A stretch of 64,000 nucleotides of DNA, from the NCBI RefSeq assembly GCF_001194135.2, contig NC_068982.1, positions 151,739,633 to 151,803,632 of the forward strand, written 5' to 3'. The DNA is from Octopus bimaculoides. Lineage: Eukaryota. A program made the translations under genes and the position numbers. The notes under the pieces were generated by a model. The model was not told where the DNA came from. It made no database searches and was given only the letters and a program-made list of their open reading frames with translations. This document shows positions 25,233 through 38,420 of this stretch, piece by piece; position 1 is the first letter of the stretch; every line of letters starts with the position of its first letter.

Positions 25233-27441
25233 TGTATGTATGCATGTATGTATGTATGTATGTATGTATGTGTAGCTGAATTTTGAATCATTGCGCTCAG
25301 GTTCTTGAGTTCCTGGATCACGACCTACCATTCAGCCATAAAAGATAAAAATCAGTTATGTAAAATTGTTACTGTAAAAGCCATTAACTTCTACACGAAC
25401 TTGGCTCCACCATTCAGATCGGCTGGTGTGTAACCGAGTGAGCTGAATCTTTCCGCCAAATAATTCGATCGAACTTTCTAGGAAAAATTCTGTTGTGGTT
25501 ATATAAAGTTTGCGAATAGAACCCCAGGCAGAGCTATCCTGAAGTCCACGCGGAGCCTTGTAATTCATGTCGGTGAGATGCTCTATCACCGTCTGCGTTC
25601 TCTTACTGAACTGCCTCAGAAGCTACTCGAAACTATACCATTTAGTTATGTGATAATTCTTTTTATTTATGCTGTCTTTAATAACCATGAACTACTTTCA
25701 TATTATGTAGTATATTTAAAAAAAAAAACTTCTTGCTGCAAATATAACGAGTAAATAAAAAATATGGGAAAATCATATAACTATTAGTATGATGATTATG
25801 AATGCAATAAGCAGCTAACCAAATACGGTTATTTATCAATAATTATTCAATAACCCGAATACACATACTAAATATGTATGCATATATCTTGTTATAAGAT
25901 ATATTACCTGATATAGAACAAGAGCAATCAAAAGTTGTAGCCATTACAATTGGGAATCTACTTTATTATACACAAATTCGCAAATGTTATTCAGTAAAAT
26001 TTATATAACTAAGTTAGAACAATCCTTAACCTCGGTGTATGTAACAAAAATTCTTGGCTTCTGGACAAATTTTCGGTAAATATTTACTCACATTATTTTA
26101 CGCAAAGTTGCCAGCTGTAATCTGTTTCTATTTAATGTATGAATTACCCAAAATACAAAGGGAAAGATGTTTTTGTGAGCTCAAACAAAAGTTGCTTCAA
26201 AATACTACATCGTTTAGGTGATGAATTTCTTTTTAACAATTAAATCCAGCTATGAATAATAGAATGAGTACAGAATCCATATTATGGGTTTAAGTGTTAC
26301 TACTGTTACTTTTGAAGTTTGTAATAATGGTTCCAAATTTTTGGCACAAGACTAGCAATTTCTGAGGGTGGGGTGAAGCCAATTATATCAACCCTAATAC
26401 TTGACTGGTATTTGTTTTATCGATGCCAAAGGGATGAAAGACAAAATCAACAACGGTGGGATTTGAAATCGGAACATAAAGACAGATAAAATGCTGCTAA
26501 GCACACGCACACCCATTCGTGTGTGTGTGTGTGTGTGTGTTCCAGTGTAAGAATATATGTGTCCATATTTATACAGAATTGAGTATGCAAATATGTACCT
26601 TTCCCTCTCTCCCCACTCTCTATCCTTTTTTCTCTTCCTGTATATTTGATGCATGTGTGCGTGCGTTTGCGCACCCATGTGTATAAAATGCTAACACAAA
26701 CAGAGTGTACTGACATACAGGTACACTCATACGCACACAAACACGAGGGGGCATGTGCGGTTACAAGTGTACATATGTGATTTCGTGGATACTCTGTGCT
26801 TTTGCATCTTCGCAGTTTACTTTGATTCCTACCGCCACCTCTTGTAATGCAACTGTTTCTATTTAAATAATTACGCCATCAATTTCCCGTTTCTATAAAC
26901 CTGGGTATGTATTAAGTAAACCTAGGCTGGGGATTTTTTCCACACAGTATACGTCTGCGTATGTGCGCACACGCGCGTGCGTGCTTGTGCGTGTGCGTGC
27001 TTGTGCTTGTGCGTGCTTGTGCGCGCGCGCGTGTGTGTGTGTGTCCCACTTTTTTACGTTGCACTTTATCCGACAATAAATTTTCTCTTTTGTAGGGTGT
27101 ATCTTAATATGGCCTTTCATGTGAGTGTATGTGTGTGTGTTTGTGTATCTGTGTATGTTTGTGTACACACCAATCTACGCCGTTTCAGTTACTATCTGCT
27201 TACATTCAAATATACTCTATGAAATGTATTGAGTGCTTTGCGTCTGTGTTTAAGTGACGATGCATGATTAAATATGAATTGCTATTGACTAATTAGCATA
27301 CATTTGATAAGCCATAAATATTCGCATATGAGCATCCAAATTACATTAACATTATCTGTGCCCCAGTATGGTTGTGTATGTGTGTTTGCGCGTGTATGTA
27401 AGCGCGCATGATGTAACTATCAATGTATGTTTATGAGTTCG

Positions 27442-27527
<86 letters not shown>

Positions 27528-28049
27528 CATGTGTGTATGTTAGGATACAATTACATCATTCCGACAGTTATATGGCACTTTATAATTTTGCAGTATGTCA
27601 TGTTTATCTAAGTAGATATCTGAAGAAGTAAAACTGCGCCGTGTTCCTCCCTATATATACGGGCCGAAGGCTTAAAGAGTATTTCTCTCTCACCATATGT
27701 AACTTGATGTTTACTGCTCTCCTTTCAATATGTTTATAACTTTTACCTTACTAAATCTTTTGTTTTCACATTCACTCTTCTTTTTTTCTTCGTGGAAAGC
27801 TCTCTTACACCCTTATTTAATCAGAAATGTTCCTTGCCTCTGTCTGTCAGTATACATTAATACATATACACACATGTGTATGTATCTATGTATGTAATTC
27901 GTCTATGAACACGTCTACCAAGACAGAAATTTGCACATATACACTGATGTTAATATAGTTACATACAATTGTCACGTTTCAAATTTCTCCTGTACTTCCG
28001 TGAACAGATGAATTCGTTGGTCTAAGTACCAGGTGTTACCCCTGGTGTG

Positions 28050-28084
<35 letters not shown>

Positions 28085-29408
28085 CATATATATATATATA
28101 NNNNNNNNNNNNNNNNNNNNNNNNNNNNNNNNNNNNNNNNNNNNNNNNNNNNNNNNNNNNNNNNNNNNNNNNNNNNNNNNNNNNNNNNNNNNNNNNNNNN
28201 NNNNNNNNNNNNNNNNNNNNNNNNNNNNNNNNNNNNNNNNNNNNNNNNNNNNNNNNNNNNNNNNNNNNNNNNNNNNNNNNNNNNNNNNNNNNNNNNNNNN
28301 NNNNNNNNNNNNNNNNNNNNNNNNNNNNNNNNNNNNNNNNNNNNNNNNNNNNNNNNNNNNNNNNNNNNNNNNNNNNNNNNNNNNNNNNNNNNNNNNNNNN
28401 NNNNNNNNNNNNNNNNNNNNNNNNNNNNNNNNNNNNNNNNNNNNNNNNNNNNNNNNNNNNNNNNNNNNNNNNNNNNNNNNNNNNNNNNNNNNNNNNNNNN
28501 NNNNNNNNNNNNNNNNNNNNNNNNNNNNNNNNNNNNNNNNNNNNNNNNNNNNNNNNNNNNNNNNNNNNNNNNNNNNNNNNNNNNNNNNNNNNNNNNNNNN
28601 NNNNNNNNNNNNNNNNNNNNNNNNNNNNNNNNNNNNNNNNNNNNNNNNNNNNNNNNNNNNNNNNNNNNNNNNNNNNNNNNNNNNNNNNNNNNNNNNNNNN
28701 NNNNNNNNNNNNNNNNNNNNNNNNNNNNNNNNNNNNNNNNNNNNNNNNNNNNNNNNNNNNNNNNNNNNNNNNNATATGCACATATATATATATGAATAAT
28801 ATATAAATATATGCATATATACATACATATATGTACATACCTACATATATATGTAGAAATATTCTATAATTATAAACATAATTATAATTAGAGGTCAGCT
28901 AATTATTTCACCGCATACCGAATTTAGAAATAGGAGTTAAAAATTCCTTTTCTACAACTGTAAGAATCTCCACGACAGTAACACGCTTCTTTACATAGGC
29001 AAAGAGAAAAGCAATGAATCAACACGACCCCGATTAGCCACAGTCGCGTTTCGAGATTAAAGTGTTTTAATTACTTACTTCTCTCTTTAGTGTAGAATTT
29101 CCAATTATAAAATTTGAAAGTTCTAGGGTTAAATATGCACACGATCGAGCGACATTGTGCAACAGATATCCAACCAACACTTCCACAATTTACACAGTCG
29201 AATGTGAATACACTATTCATCCCTTGTACCCACGTGTATGTTACGAGCAGTACCGCAGAAAAGTGCAGTATCCTCTCGTGGAGTAGATTATAATTTCAAA
29301 TTAATAATAAAAGGGTAAAATTAATTTATTAATCAATCAAAAAATTAATTATTTTACCAAGTAAATCGGTACGTTAAAATAACGTTTACATGCATATATG
29401 GGTACAGA

Positions 29409-29481
29409 ACATGATACCACTTCCAATCAGTTAAGATCAGAAGCCATGAGAGCCACTACCTGGTACTACTGCATCAGAGCA

Positions 29482-29527
<46 letters not shown>

Positions 29528-29565
29528 GAGTGAGAGAGCAGAGCATGCCATCAACGTGACATTGG
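29409..29565 (-). mobile_element. Junction of two partial copies of the ~540-bp AAT-flanked element around a (TAT)n array
   Basis: 29409-29482 matches 32428-32502, and 29528-29565 matches the segment starting at 31973. Confidence 0.85.
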
Positions 29566-29760
29566 TGTGTGTGTATTTGTGTCTGTGTTTGTCTCCACCA
29601 CCGCTTGGCAATCGGTGTTGGTGTGTTTACATCCCCATAGCCTAGCGGTTCAGTAAAACAGACCAAGAGAAGAGAGAATAGGTGTCTAACTTAAAAAGTA
29701 AGTTCTGAAGTCGAAGGGTTTTAACCCTTCAAGGTGGTACGCCAGAATGGCCGCCTTTTC
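29566..29760 (+). mobile_element. 3' half of a family A SINE
   Basis: CCACCACCGCTTGGCAATCGGTGTTGG...TAGCGGTTC, similar to 7590-7650. Confidence 0.7.
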
Positions 29761-31623
29761 AAACAAGAGAAGGATATTAAAAGAAGAAACAAAAAGAAAA
29801 AAATTGGCACTTATTTCCTATACAAGACTACGGATTACTTATTCCTCCTATGACTTCTACTACTCAGTGAGACTAATAATTACGATAGAGTGGTTTCGTT
29901 TGCATTAGGACTTTCTGAAAGCCGAATATTAGCTGGATACTTCAATACGCCAAAAGAAATTCTTGCCATTGAATACGCATGAGGGGATAAATACAAATTT
30001 GGTGATAACGTGCACGGAAACATCAAGGAGCAATATCTACAGAATTCTAGAGAGACATACTGAAAATGAAAAGTCAAATCTTGTTGGAAATGGTTTCAGA
30101 AATCTGTGTTCTTGTGTGTATGTGTGTATTTATGTATGAATGTATGTATGTGTGTGTGTGTGCGTGCATAAATGCACTCATCATCGCGACGGACGGAGGA
30201 TCTTCACCCATATATTGATAAAATAATCTTACATAGTATAATTTAGTTAGGTTTGCCGTTCCTGTTATCATTCAAGTTGTATGTAATTTACGTCTGAAAG
30301 TAATTAAAATGAAATGAAAATATGTACTGACAGTTTTCTTTCATAAAAGAAAACAAAAATGAAAAAAAAGCATTTATTTTCAACAAGTTCAGGCAAATTA
30401 TATGAGCTGATAATATTTTAAGACAGCTTTTGTAATGAATTCTGTTAAACATTTCCCTGTTCTCAATGTTCATCGCCAAACTCATCAAGCTGTTCTTGGT
30501 GTACTATTTTCTATCATATTATTAAGAGGAAAACTTTTGCAACGTGTATTTTCGGGAAGGTTTGTTGGAAAAATGTACTAGTAGCAACTTGTACGATTGT
30601 GAGATAAACCTGTATATTACGATCAACTTATTAAATTCATCTTTTATAGTGATAGCAACTAATATTTAGAATAAGAGATTAAAAAGAAATTAAGGAAGGG
30701 AAGAATGAAAAGAAGGTAAAGGCGTTCAGTTTTTCGTTGACAATGTCATAATTTACAGTGCAATTCGGTTCAGAGGATTGAAAAAAATATCAGGTTAAAT
30801 ATATCCGAATTTAAGCCTCACATCTACTAAAAAGTTTTGTACTATCTCATGGAATATCATATGCAACGTTCGTAACTAGAAAAGAAGCTAATAATATTAA
30901 AAGACTTATTTAAGCATCGTGTTTGAAAAATATGAATTTACTTGGTAATGCGCAAACATCCGGAAATCATGTTTATTTCGTTGCTTTTGCCTTTAGACGT
31001 GAAGAATTCTCTTGTGAGCGAGTATTAAGTGCATGCGCACGCACGTGTAAATTATTGGGGATAATTTATGCAAACTAACCATCTAAGATACCTTAATCAT
31101 ATTCGTTTTTAATTATCAGATTTATTAACTAAGCAGTGTGAAATATCAATACGAAAGACGAAAGTTGTTTAGGATGAATTTTTTTTAGTTAAACCTCTTC
31201 ACATTCTGCACTAGTTACATTTGTGCCAGAGTGTCCTGAATGGATTCATCCTAAAAAATTAACGAGAAAATCAAAGGTACACTGTAGCGAAAGGTAACGC
31301 GAGTTGTGCTTCTCATAAACTTCCATAGATCTTTTGTCGCTCAAAGAATTTTGAGATTTCAATCTGTGTAAGATGGCAAAATGTTTTAGCAGTAGATTTT
31401 AGAATATCCGTTGTGATGAGTAGCGTTAGTGATAAATGACTGGCCACGGTGGAGGCTAAATATAGCTGGATATTTTGAGAACTATTGATTTTAAACAAAG
31501 GAAAAGATCAGAGATGACTGTGAAAACCTCAGTCAACTATATCTATTCTTGTCTTTCGAGGATATTTATTTTATCAATTTCGGAAGGTCGAAAAGAACAC
31601 TTGACGCCGGTGGGCTTTGAACT

Positions 31624-31700
<77 letters not shown>

Positions 31701-31741
31701 ATAATAATAATAATGATAATAATAATAATAATAATAATAAC
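31624..31741. repeat. Compound (TAG)n-(AAT)n microsatellite
   Basis: Directly visible. Confidence 0.95.
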
Positions 31742-31945
31742 AACCCTTTCTACTAAAGGCACAAGGCCTGAAATTTGGGGGAGGGCACCAGTCGATTAGA
31801 TTGACTCCAGTACGCAACTGGTACTTAATTTCTTAATTTATCGACCTCGAAAGGATGAAAGGCTAAGTTAAACCCCGGCGGAATTTGAACTCAGAAACTC
31901 AAGACGGAAGAAATGCCGCTAAACACTTTGCCCGGTTTGCTTACG
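31742..31945 (-). mobile_element. Family B SINE
   Basis: TTTCTACTAAAGGCACAAGGCC...GAAAGGATGAAAGG...GGAATTTGAACTCAG. Confidence 0.85.
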
Positions 31946-31972
31946 ATTATTATTATTATTATTATTATTATT

Positions 31973-32502
31973 GAGTGACAGATCAGTCCATGCCATCCAA
32001 GTGATACTAGGGTACAAATATACGAAGTCCAGTTACTCATGATGACTACCTGTTTGATAAGGGTGCAACAGGCACGTACATCGCAACCATATGTGTGCGA
32101 CATGGTGATCTCATATCAAGATAAACAGTGCATAATCTTGCAGATGATATCAAGTAAGAATTTTCTTTAGGTCGCATAACCCATGCTGCTCAAAAGGTCC
32201 CTGAATAAGGGCTGTTTAAAGACGTTGAATGAAATACCCATGTTTCCAGAGGTGAAATATTCAAGCCCCAAAGAATTCCTCTCAACACATCGCTATGATA
32301 CTCCCCCACTACTTCTGCACGTGATCAGAGATGCACACATCGTCAGCCACCAAGGGACATGTTCAACTGGTTAGAGGGAAAAGCAACTGACGAACAAATC
32401 AGTAGTATTGAGCCTGGCCAAAACATTTACATGATAACACTTCCAATCAGTTAAGATCAGAAGCCATGAAAGCCACTACCTGGTACTACTGCATCAGAGC
32501 AT
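31973..32502 (-). mobile_element. ~540-bp non-coding element with both ends in (AAT)n, copy 1
   Basis: Reverse complement of 34812-35352 with differing internal deletions; no TIRs, A/B boxes or meaningful ORF seen. Strand is assigned relative to the AAT strand. Confidence 0.85.
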
Positions 32503-32508
32503 ATTATA

Positions 32509-32577
<69 letters not shown>

Positions 32578-32583
<6 letters not shown>

Positions 32584-32778
32584 CGTTTTACGTCTCAGAG
32601 CGCTCGGTCTTGTTTGCACTGGATAATTCCGTGAAAGCGGACAGCAGCCTGTTGTCAGAGGTCTTACAGGGTTTCTTTCCACTTATTATAAGCTTTGATA
32701 CTTGGTTGTTAATTATCGTGGAAGACATTCACCAGCCAAGTACCAATCTCAAAATCCTAACTGTCCCAAGCAGAGCGG

Positions 32779-32782
<4 letters not shown>
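32578..32782 (-). mobile_element. 5'-truncated R4/Dong-type LINE 3' end in an (AAT)n array
   Basis: Minus strand reads KTALLGTVRILRLVLGW* (R4-type C-terminus, QKxxLLGTxxILRxVL), then a 3' UTR ending in (AAT)n; AAT arrays on both sides. Confidence 0.75.
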
Positions 32783-32827
<45 letters not shown>

Positions 32828-33503
32828 CATTATTATTATTAAATAATAAAACGTAAAAGTACGTAACTAAACACCTTAATGCATTTTTCCGGTGTTCTGT
32901 CAATTCCGTTTCTCCACAACCCTATATATTTCGATGAATAAAATAAATCTCGTAACAGTACAAAAATGTTTCCTTCTGAATATGTACAGAATTATATCTA
33001 ATTCTGCCTGAGTCTACTTTGCTTTTCATCCTTCCGGAGTCATTAAAATAAGTACCTGTCGGGAACTGTGGCCGATCATAATCAAATATTCACTTCCTGA
33101 AAATTTGGGGCAGCGTGCCATGGGAAAAATCAATACATGTATATAAGATATATACATACATACATACATACATACATACANNNNNNNNNNNNNNNNNNNN
33201 NNNNNNNNNNNNNNNNNNNNNNNNNNNNNNNNNNNNNNNNNNNNNNNNNNNNNNNNNNNNNNNNNNNNNNNNNNNNNNNNNNNNNNNNNNNNNNNNNNNN
33301 NNNNNNNNNNNNNNNNNNNNNNNNNNNNNNNNNNNNNNNNNNNNNNNNNNNNNNNNNNNNNNNNNNNNNNNNNNNNNNNNNNNNNNNNNNNNNNNNNNNN
33401 NNNNNNNNNNNNNNNNNNNNNNNNNNNNNNNNNNNNNNNNNNNNNNNNNNNNNNNNNNNNNNNNNNNNNNNNNNNNNNNNNNNNNNNNNNNNNNNNNNNN
33501 NNN

Positions 33504-33537
<34 letters not shown>

Positions 33538-33639
33538 GCATACATGCATACATGCATATTCACACTTGTACATCGATCTCCTGCATGGCAAAATGCCTCA
33601 AATTTTATCGATTAATAATAATAATAATGATAACGATAT

Positions 33640-33835
33640 TGGGTATAAACGCAGGGATTTTGAGGATAGGGGGCAAGTTGATTGCCTCAACCCCTAGTAC
33701 TTAACTTATCGTTCCCGAAAGGATGAAAAGCAAAGTCGACCTCGGCAAAGTTTGAATGCAGAACGTAAAGACAGATGAAATGTCGCTAAGCATTTTGCTC
33801 AACGCACAAACGATTCTGAGAGTTTGCCGTCTTAA
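33640..33835 (-). mobile_element. Diverged family B SINE
   Basis: CCCGAAAGGATGAAAAGCAAAGTCGACCTCGG...TTTGAATGCAGAACG. Confidence 0.8.
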
Positions 33836-33859
33836 CAACAACAACAACAATAATTTCGA

Positions 33860-34625
33860 CATTGATAATGATCAAAGCCAGGCTTGCCTATGAGCTTGCT
33901 AAAACAAGGATGGAAATACATTACCTGCTCTATATAAGCGACCTCAAATTGTATACGAAGTGTCAAAAATCAAAAGCAAAAGAAAAATACCCGAAACCCG
34001 TAATTCAAACAGCGAGAATACTTAGTAAGCCGCTGGATGTAAATAAATGTAGTTTTAATTTTGAATGGAGGTGGAATATTAAATTTGATTGTATAAAATT
34101 GCAGCAAGATGATAACATTAGATCACTGGGAAATATGATGGGGTATAATTACCTAGGTTTTGTGCAAGATGGTAAATTCTCTGGGATTTTCCAATCCAAA
34201 CTGATCAAATGCTAGAGCATAACAGACCGGACCTAGTGCTAGTGGACAACATGCACTACATGTGCTATATAGTTGATGTTGCGAGCGCCTTTGCCTAACG
34301 GAGAATGAAGATGGAAGGTGAAACAAAATAGGTATATTCTTAAGTATGAAATAGCCCGGCTATAGAAGATGAAATATGTGAAGATAGTGCCAATTATTGT
34401 GGGTCCTTGGGGACAGTATCATCAAAAGGCATCAAGCGGAATGTAAAAGAAATTCGAATAGTGCCCAGTAGAACTGTTACAAAAGATGTTCCTCCTCGGC
34501 ACGGCCAAAATAATCTGGAAAGTATTAGAGATTTGAAAAGAACAGATAGTATGAAACTCTATGCTGTGCAGGGAGGAAGCCTGCTACGCATGCAAGACTC
34601 CAGGAGTTACATCAAAACCTGGGAC
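33860..34625 (+). mobile_element. Internally deleted R4/Dong-type LINE (RT core, restriction-like endonuclease, 3' UTR) ending in (AAT)n
   Basis: IHYLLYISDLKLY (degenerate HLLYMDDLKLY), VNKC, YNYLG, then NRPDLVLVD...YIVDVA (PD..D motif), YEIARL, KIVPIIVG.LGTV. The 3' end runs straight into a 185-bp AAT array. Confidence 0.82.
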
Positions 34626-34699
<74 letters not shown>

Positions 34700-34724
34700 T
34701 AATAATAACAATAATAATAATAAC

Positions 34725-34789
<65 letters not shown>

Positions 34790-34811
34790 CAACAACAACA
34801 ACAATAATAAT
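34626..34811. repeat. (AAT)n/(AAC)n microsatellite
   Basis: About 60 trinucleotide units with AAC interruptions. Confidence 0.95.
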
Positions 34812-35352
34812 ATGCCTTGATGCAGTACCAGGCAGTGGCTCTCATGGCTTCTGATCTTAACTGATTGGAAGTGTTTTGTCTTGGTATAAATGATGGGCTA
34901 CAGCAAATATTCTGTTCAATACTATAGATTTGCTTATCAGTTGTTTGACCTTAAGCAGTTGAGTGTCCCTTGATGGTTGACGATATGTGCATCCCTGATC
35001 ACGAGCAGAAATAGTGGGGAAGCATCATAGCCATGTGTTGAGAGGAATTGTTTGGGGTTTGAATAATTCACCTTTGGAAACATGGGTGTTTTGCTCAACA
35101 TCCTTCAACAAACCTTATTCAGGGACCTTTTGAGTAGCATGGGCTACACGACCTGAAGGGAATTCTAGCTAGGCACCAACTGAAAGGTCATGCACTGTTT
35201 ATCTTGATATATGAGATCACTATGTCGTGCATATATGGTTGTGATGCATGTGCTTAGTGTACCCTTATCAGGCGAGTAGTCATGATGTGTACACTGGGCT
35301 TCGTATATATTACCCCGGTGTCACTTTGATGGCATGCACTGCTCTCTTATAC
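34812..35352 (+). mobile_element. ~540-bp AAT-flanked element, copy 2
   Basis: Runs ATGCCTTGATGCAGTACCAGG...GCACTGCTCTCTTATAC followed by AATAAT; an inverted homolog of 31973-32502. Confidence 0.85.
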
Positions 35353-36062
35353 AATAATAGTAACAAGAGCACTCAGAGAGCGCAAAACTCTGCCAAGTGA
35401 ACACCAACGTCCTCTCAACGATTAGCCAGAGATTATTTTTAAAAGGAGAATATCTGAAATAAAATCGACTGCTCTCACAAACGAGAAAACTAAAGATGAA
35501 CCCGACCGTTCTCAAAAATTAAGTAAAAAAAAAACCGGAAGAGTAATCCAGAATCCTTGTCCAGTAACTGATCGATCCCAATGGTAGTCATGGAATGTGA
35601 GGGTGGCTGTAGAAAGTTTAGTAACAGTAATAAATAGTTTATCCTTATCTGATACAATATCTGAAACAACAGGGCAAATATGATACTTGTTAAAATAATG
35701 GATCATCCTCATATACGGTAAAGGTCCATCTAGTGTAGGGGACTTAGAAACTCTATGTTGATGTCCGTGCTGTAAGACCAGTGGGAGTGAGGTACTCTTA
35801 AACTTTGTAAAGGGACAATACTGCAGCGTTCACAGTAGTATACTCTCTTAACATCGAGCGGTCTGACCAACAGCTTTTAAAGATAGTGATGATAGGAGGC
35901 CAACTTTAAGCATTAATTTTTTATTGACTGTCAGTGCTTGCGAAGAGGTGAAGACTAAGATAGTCAACCCCAGAAGGCAATCGGGTGAGAAAATAAAACG
36001 GGACGCATCGATGAAAGAGAATGAAAGCACACCGAAACTGAGTTATTTTTTTTCGGTCCTGC

Positions 36063-36099
<37 letters not shown>

Positions 36100-36249
36100 C
36101 GCAGCATATATAAAATATATTACAGCCATTCATCGCACGCGAACAAGAATGGTTTGATAACCAGACTTTTGCTAATTCTTTTAGGTGCTTTGTTGTTGCT
36201 TTTCTGGTTCATCGCCCTTTTTCCAGTGGAATATCCAGGATATGACAGA

Positions 36250-36411
36250 TGGAGGGAGAGAGAGTTGTCCGAGCACAAGGATTGTTCTCATATCTGAGTA
36301 GGACAACGTAAAATGAAGTGCCCCACTCAAGAAATGTCCATTTCCCTGTCCAGGAGTCGAACCCACGACCTTATGATCGTTAGCTGAACATCCCCAGTGA
36401 CTAGACAACGC
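36250..36411 (-). mobile_element. tRNA-derived SINE head (family D)
   Basis: Minus strand GCGCGTTGTCTAGTC...GGTCGTGGGTTCGACTCC (B box) followed by a non-tRNA body; there is no complete cloverleaf. Confidence 0.65.
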
Positions 36412-37348
36412 GCCTTTATACATTTGTGAATGCCTTATAGGATTAGCATTAAAAAAGTACTTTAAGTGAAACAATTATCCTGAAACTTGGTTATAAAAAT
36501 ATTTTAAATCAAACTTACGGAATAGAATAATTCTATAATTAAAGGAAGAATAGAGTATTTGCATTGGACGTTGAAATCATTCTACAAAGTAATAAATCAA
36601 AATATGGTAGTAGTCACTGAATTTCTTTACGGCTATCCGACTCAACATTACTTTCATTATAGATCGTTGGTAATTTCCTTTCATCCCGATGTTTTTAAAG
36701 ACTATTAATAAGCCACGAAAAGCGAAAACAACATTTTGACAAAGCCATAGCACGTTTCTTTTTAGCGTAACCAATGTATGCAGCTAATATGATGCACAAA
36801 AGCACAAGGTTATCTGAATGTAAAGAATGCGATATGAAAGATACATAAACTACAAAAAAAGATTAAAATAAATCGATATACTTTTTTTTTAGAATATATT
36901 GATTAAACATATTTAATTAAAAAAGGTAGTAATGGTAACATAATGATTGCTTTTCATGCTTTTCTATAAAATATTTCTTTCCCTCACCCTCTCTAAATTC
37001 AACTGAATTAAATTTCCAACTTCATTTTGTTTCACTCCTGTTATCCTCTGCAATATTTTAAAGGTTGCAATAAAGACCAGGAACAAAGCCAATATTTAAA
37101 AGTAGGGTGAGAGTTAGAGTTCTGGATTACAACTTTCATGATCTAAATTTCATTCTAGAGTAATGTAAATTCATTTTATTCAACTGAAAAATTTAGATAT
37201 GGAAAGTATGAAAGTCAACAGTTTTTACAGTTGGCCAAACTTTATGCACTAACAATATATATTCATAGATATATTAGACACTGGCTGAATTTTGTCGTCT
37301 ACTGTCTATAGTATTAATTTGTTAAACTACTGATACTCCACATACAGT

Positions 37349-37722
37349 GGAGGCGCAATGGCCCAGTGCTTAGGGCAGCGGACTCGTGGTCATAGGATCG
37401 CAGTTTCGATTCCCAGACCGGGCGTTGTCAGTGTTTATTGAGCGAAAACACCTAAAGCTCTACGAGGCTCCGGCAGGGGATGGTGGCGAACCCTGAAGTA
37501 CTCTTTCACCACAACTTTCTCTCACTCTTACTTCCTGTTTCTGTTGTGCCTGTAATTCAAANNNNNNNNNNTCACGCTGAATATCCCCGAGAACTACGTT
37601 AAGGGTACACGTATCTGTGGAGTGCTCAGTCACTTGCAAGTTAATTTCACGGGCAGGCTGTTCCGTTGATCAGATCAACTGGAACCCTCGACGTCGTGAG
37701 CGACGGAGTGCCAACAACTCCA
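37349..37722 (+). mobile_element. tRNA-derived SINE (family C)
   Basis: GGAGGCGCAATGGCCCAGTGCTTAGG (A box) and GTTTCGATTCC (B box), then a ~300-bp body ending GACGGAGTGCCAACAAC. Confidence 0.75.
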
Positions 37723-38420
37723 TATACACCATATATACACGCGCGTGCGCGAACACACACTCACACTCGTACACTCGCGCACACACACACACACACAAAC
37801 ATTTCACTCAACATTTCAATAATTAACTACTCTATTTTTCTTCGAGTATACATGTTAAGTATACGCGCGTGAGTTTGCGTGCGCATGTATCTCTCTAAGT
37901 TTGTCTGTCTGTCTGTCTATCTATCTATCTAACGCTCTGTGTTTGTAAGTTCACACACACATACACCTTCACTGGTCATATTTGAAAAGACTTATCTCTC
38001 ATTAACATTCATATTCAAATAGTATGACAACGTAAATCGATATGCAATGAGGTTGGTATTTAGATACGAATCAAAACAGAGAACGATGACAGAACGAAAT
38101 CTGAATGAATAACAATATATCTTTAATGGTATATTAATTAATATCTCTGCTGTTATAGTGCAATATGGAAAGAAATGCACTTTACAAAACGTGGTATTAC
38201 ACAAGTGTTAATTATATTCTAGCTATGTTTTGATTTTGCAACTGTAGCAACATTAAATCAAATCCGAGAGGCGTTAAGGCAATGTTGCTATGAAAAAGAA
38301 TAAAAAAAAAACATGATCTACAAATTAAGTGGGTAACTCATCTGGATTAAATGTGAACAAATTATCTAGGGTAATATGGACATGCAATTATAATGACCAG
38401 AAATTTGATTTTATATACGA

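Noticed and set aside
25356-25625. GC-richer block with open frames on both strands
   Set aside because: No recognisable protein; more likely an old repeat.
29880-30077. Minus-strand ORF following TTTTCATTTTCAG
   Set aside because: A plausible acceptor, but the translation is unrecognisable and cannot be linked to other exons.
37349-37425. tRNA gene (also 36340-36411 and 8596-8660)
   Set aside because: A/B boxes are present but there is no full cloverleaf, and each continues into a SINE-like body or is too degenerate.
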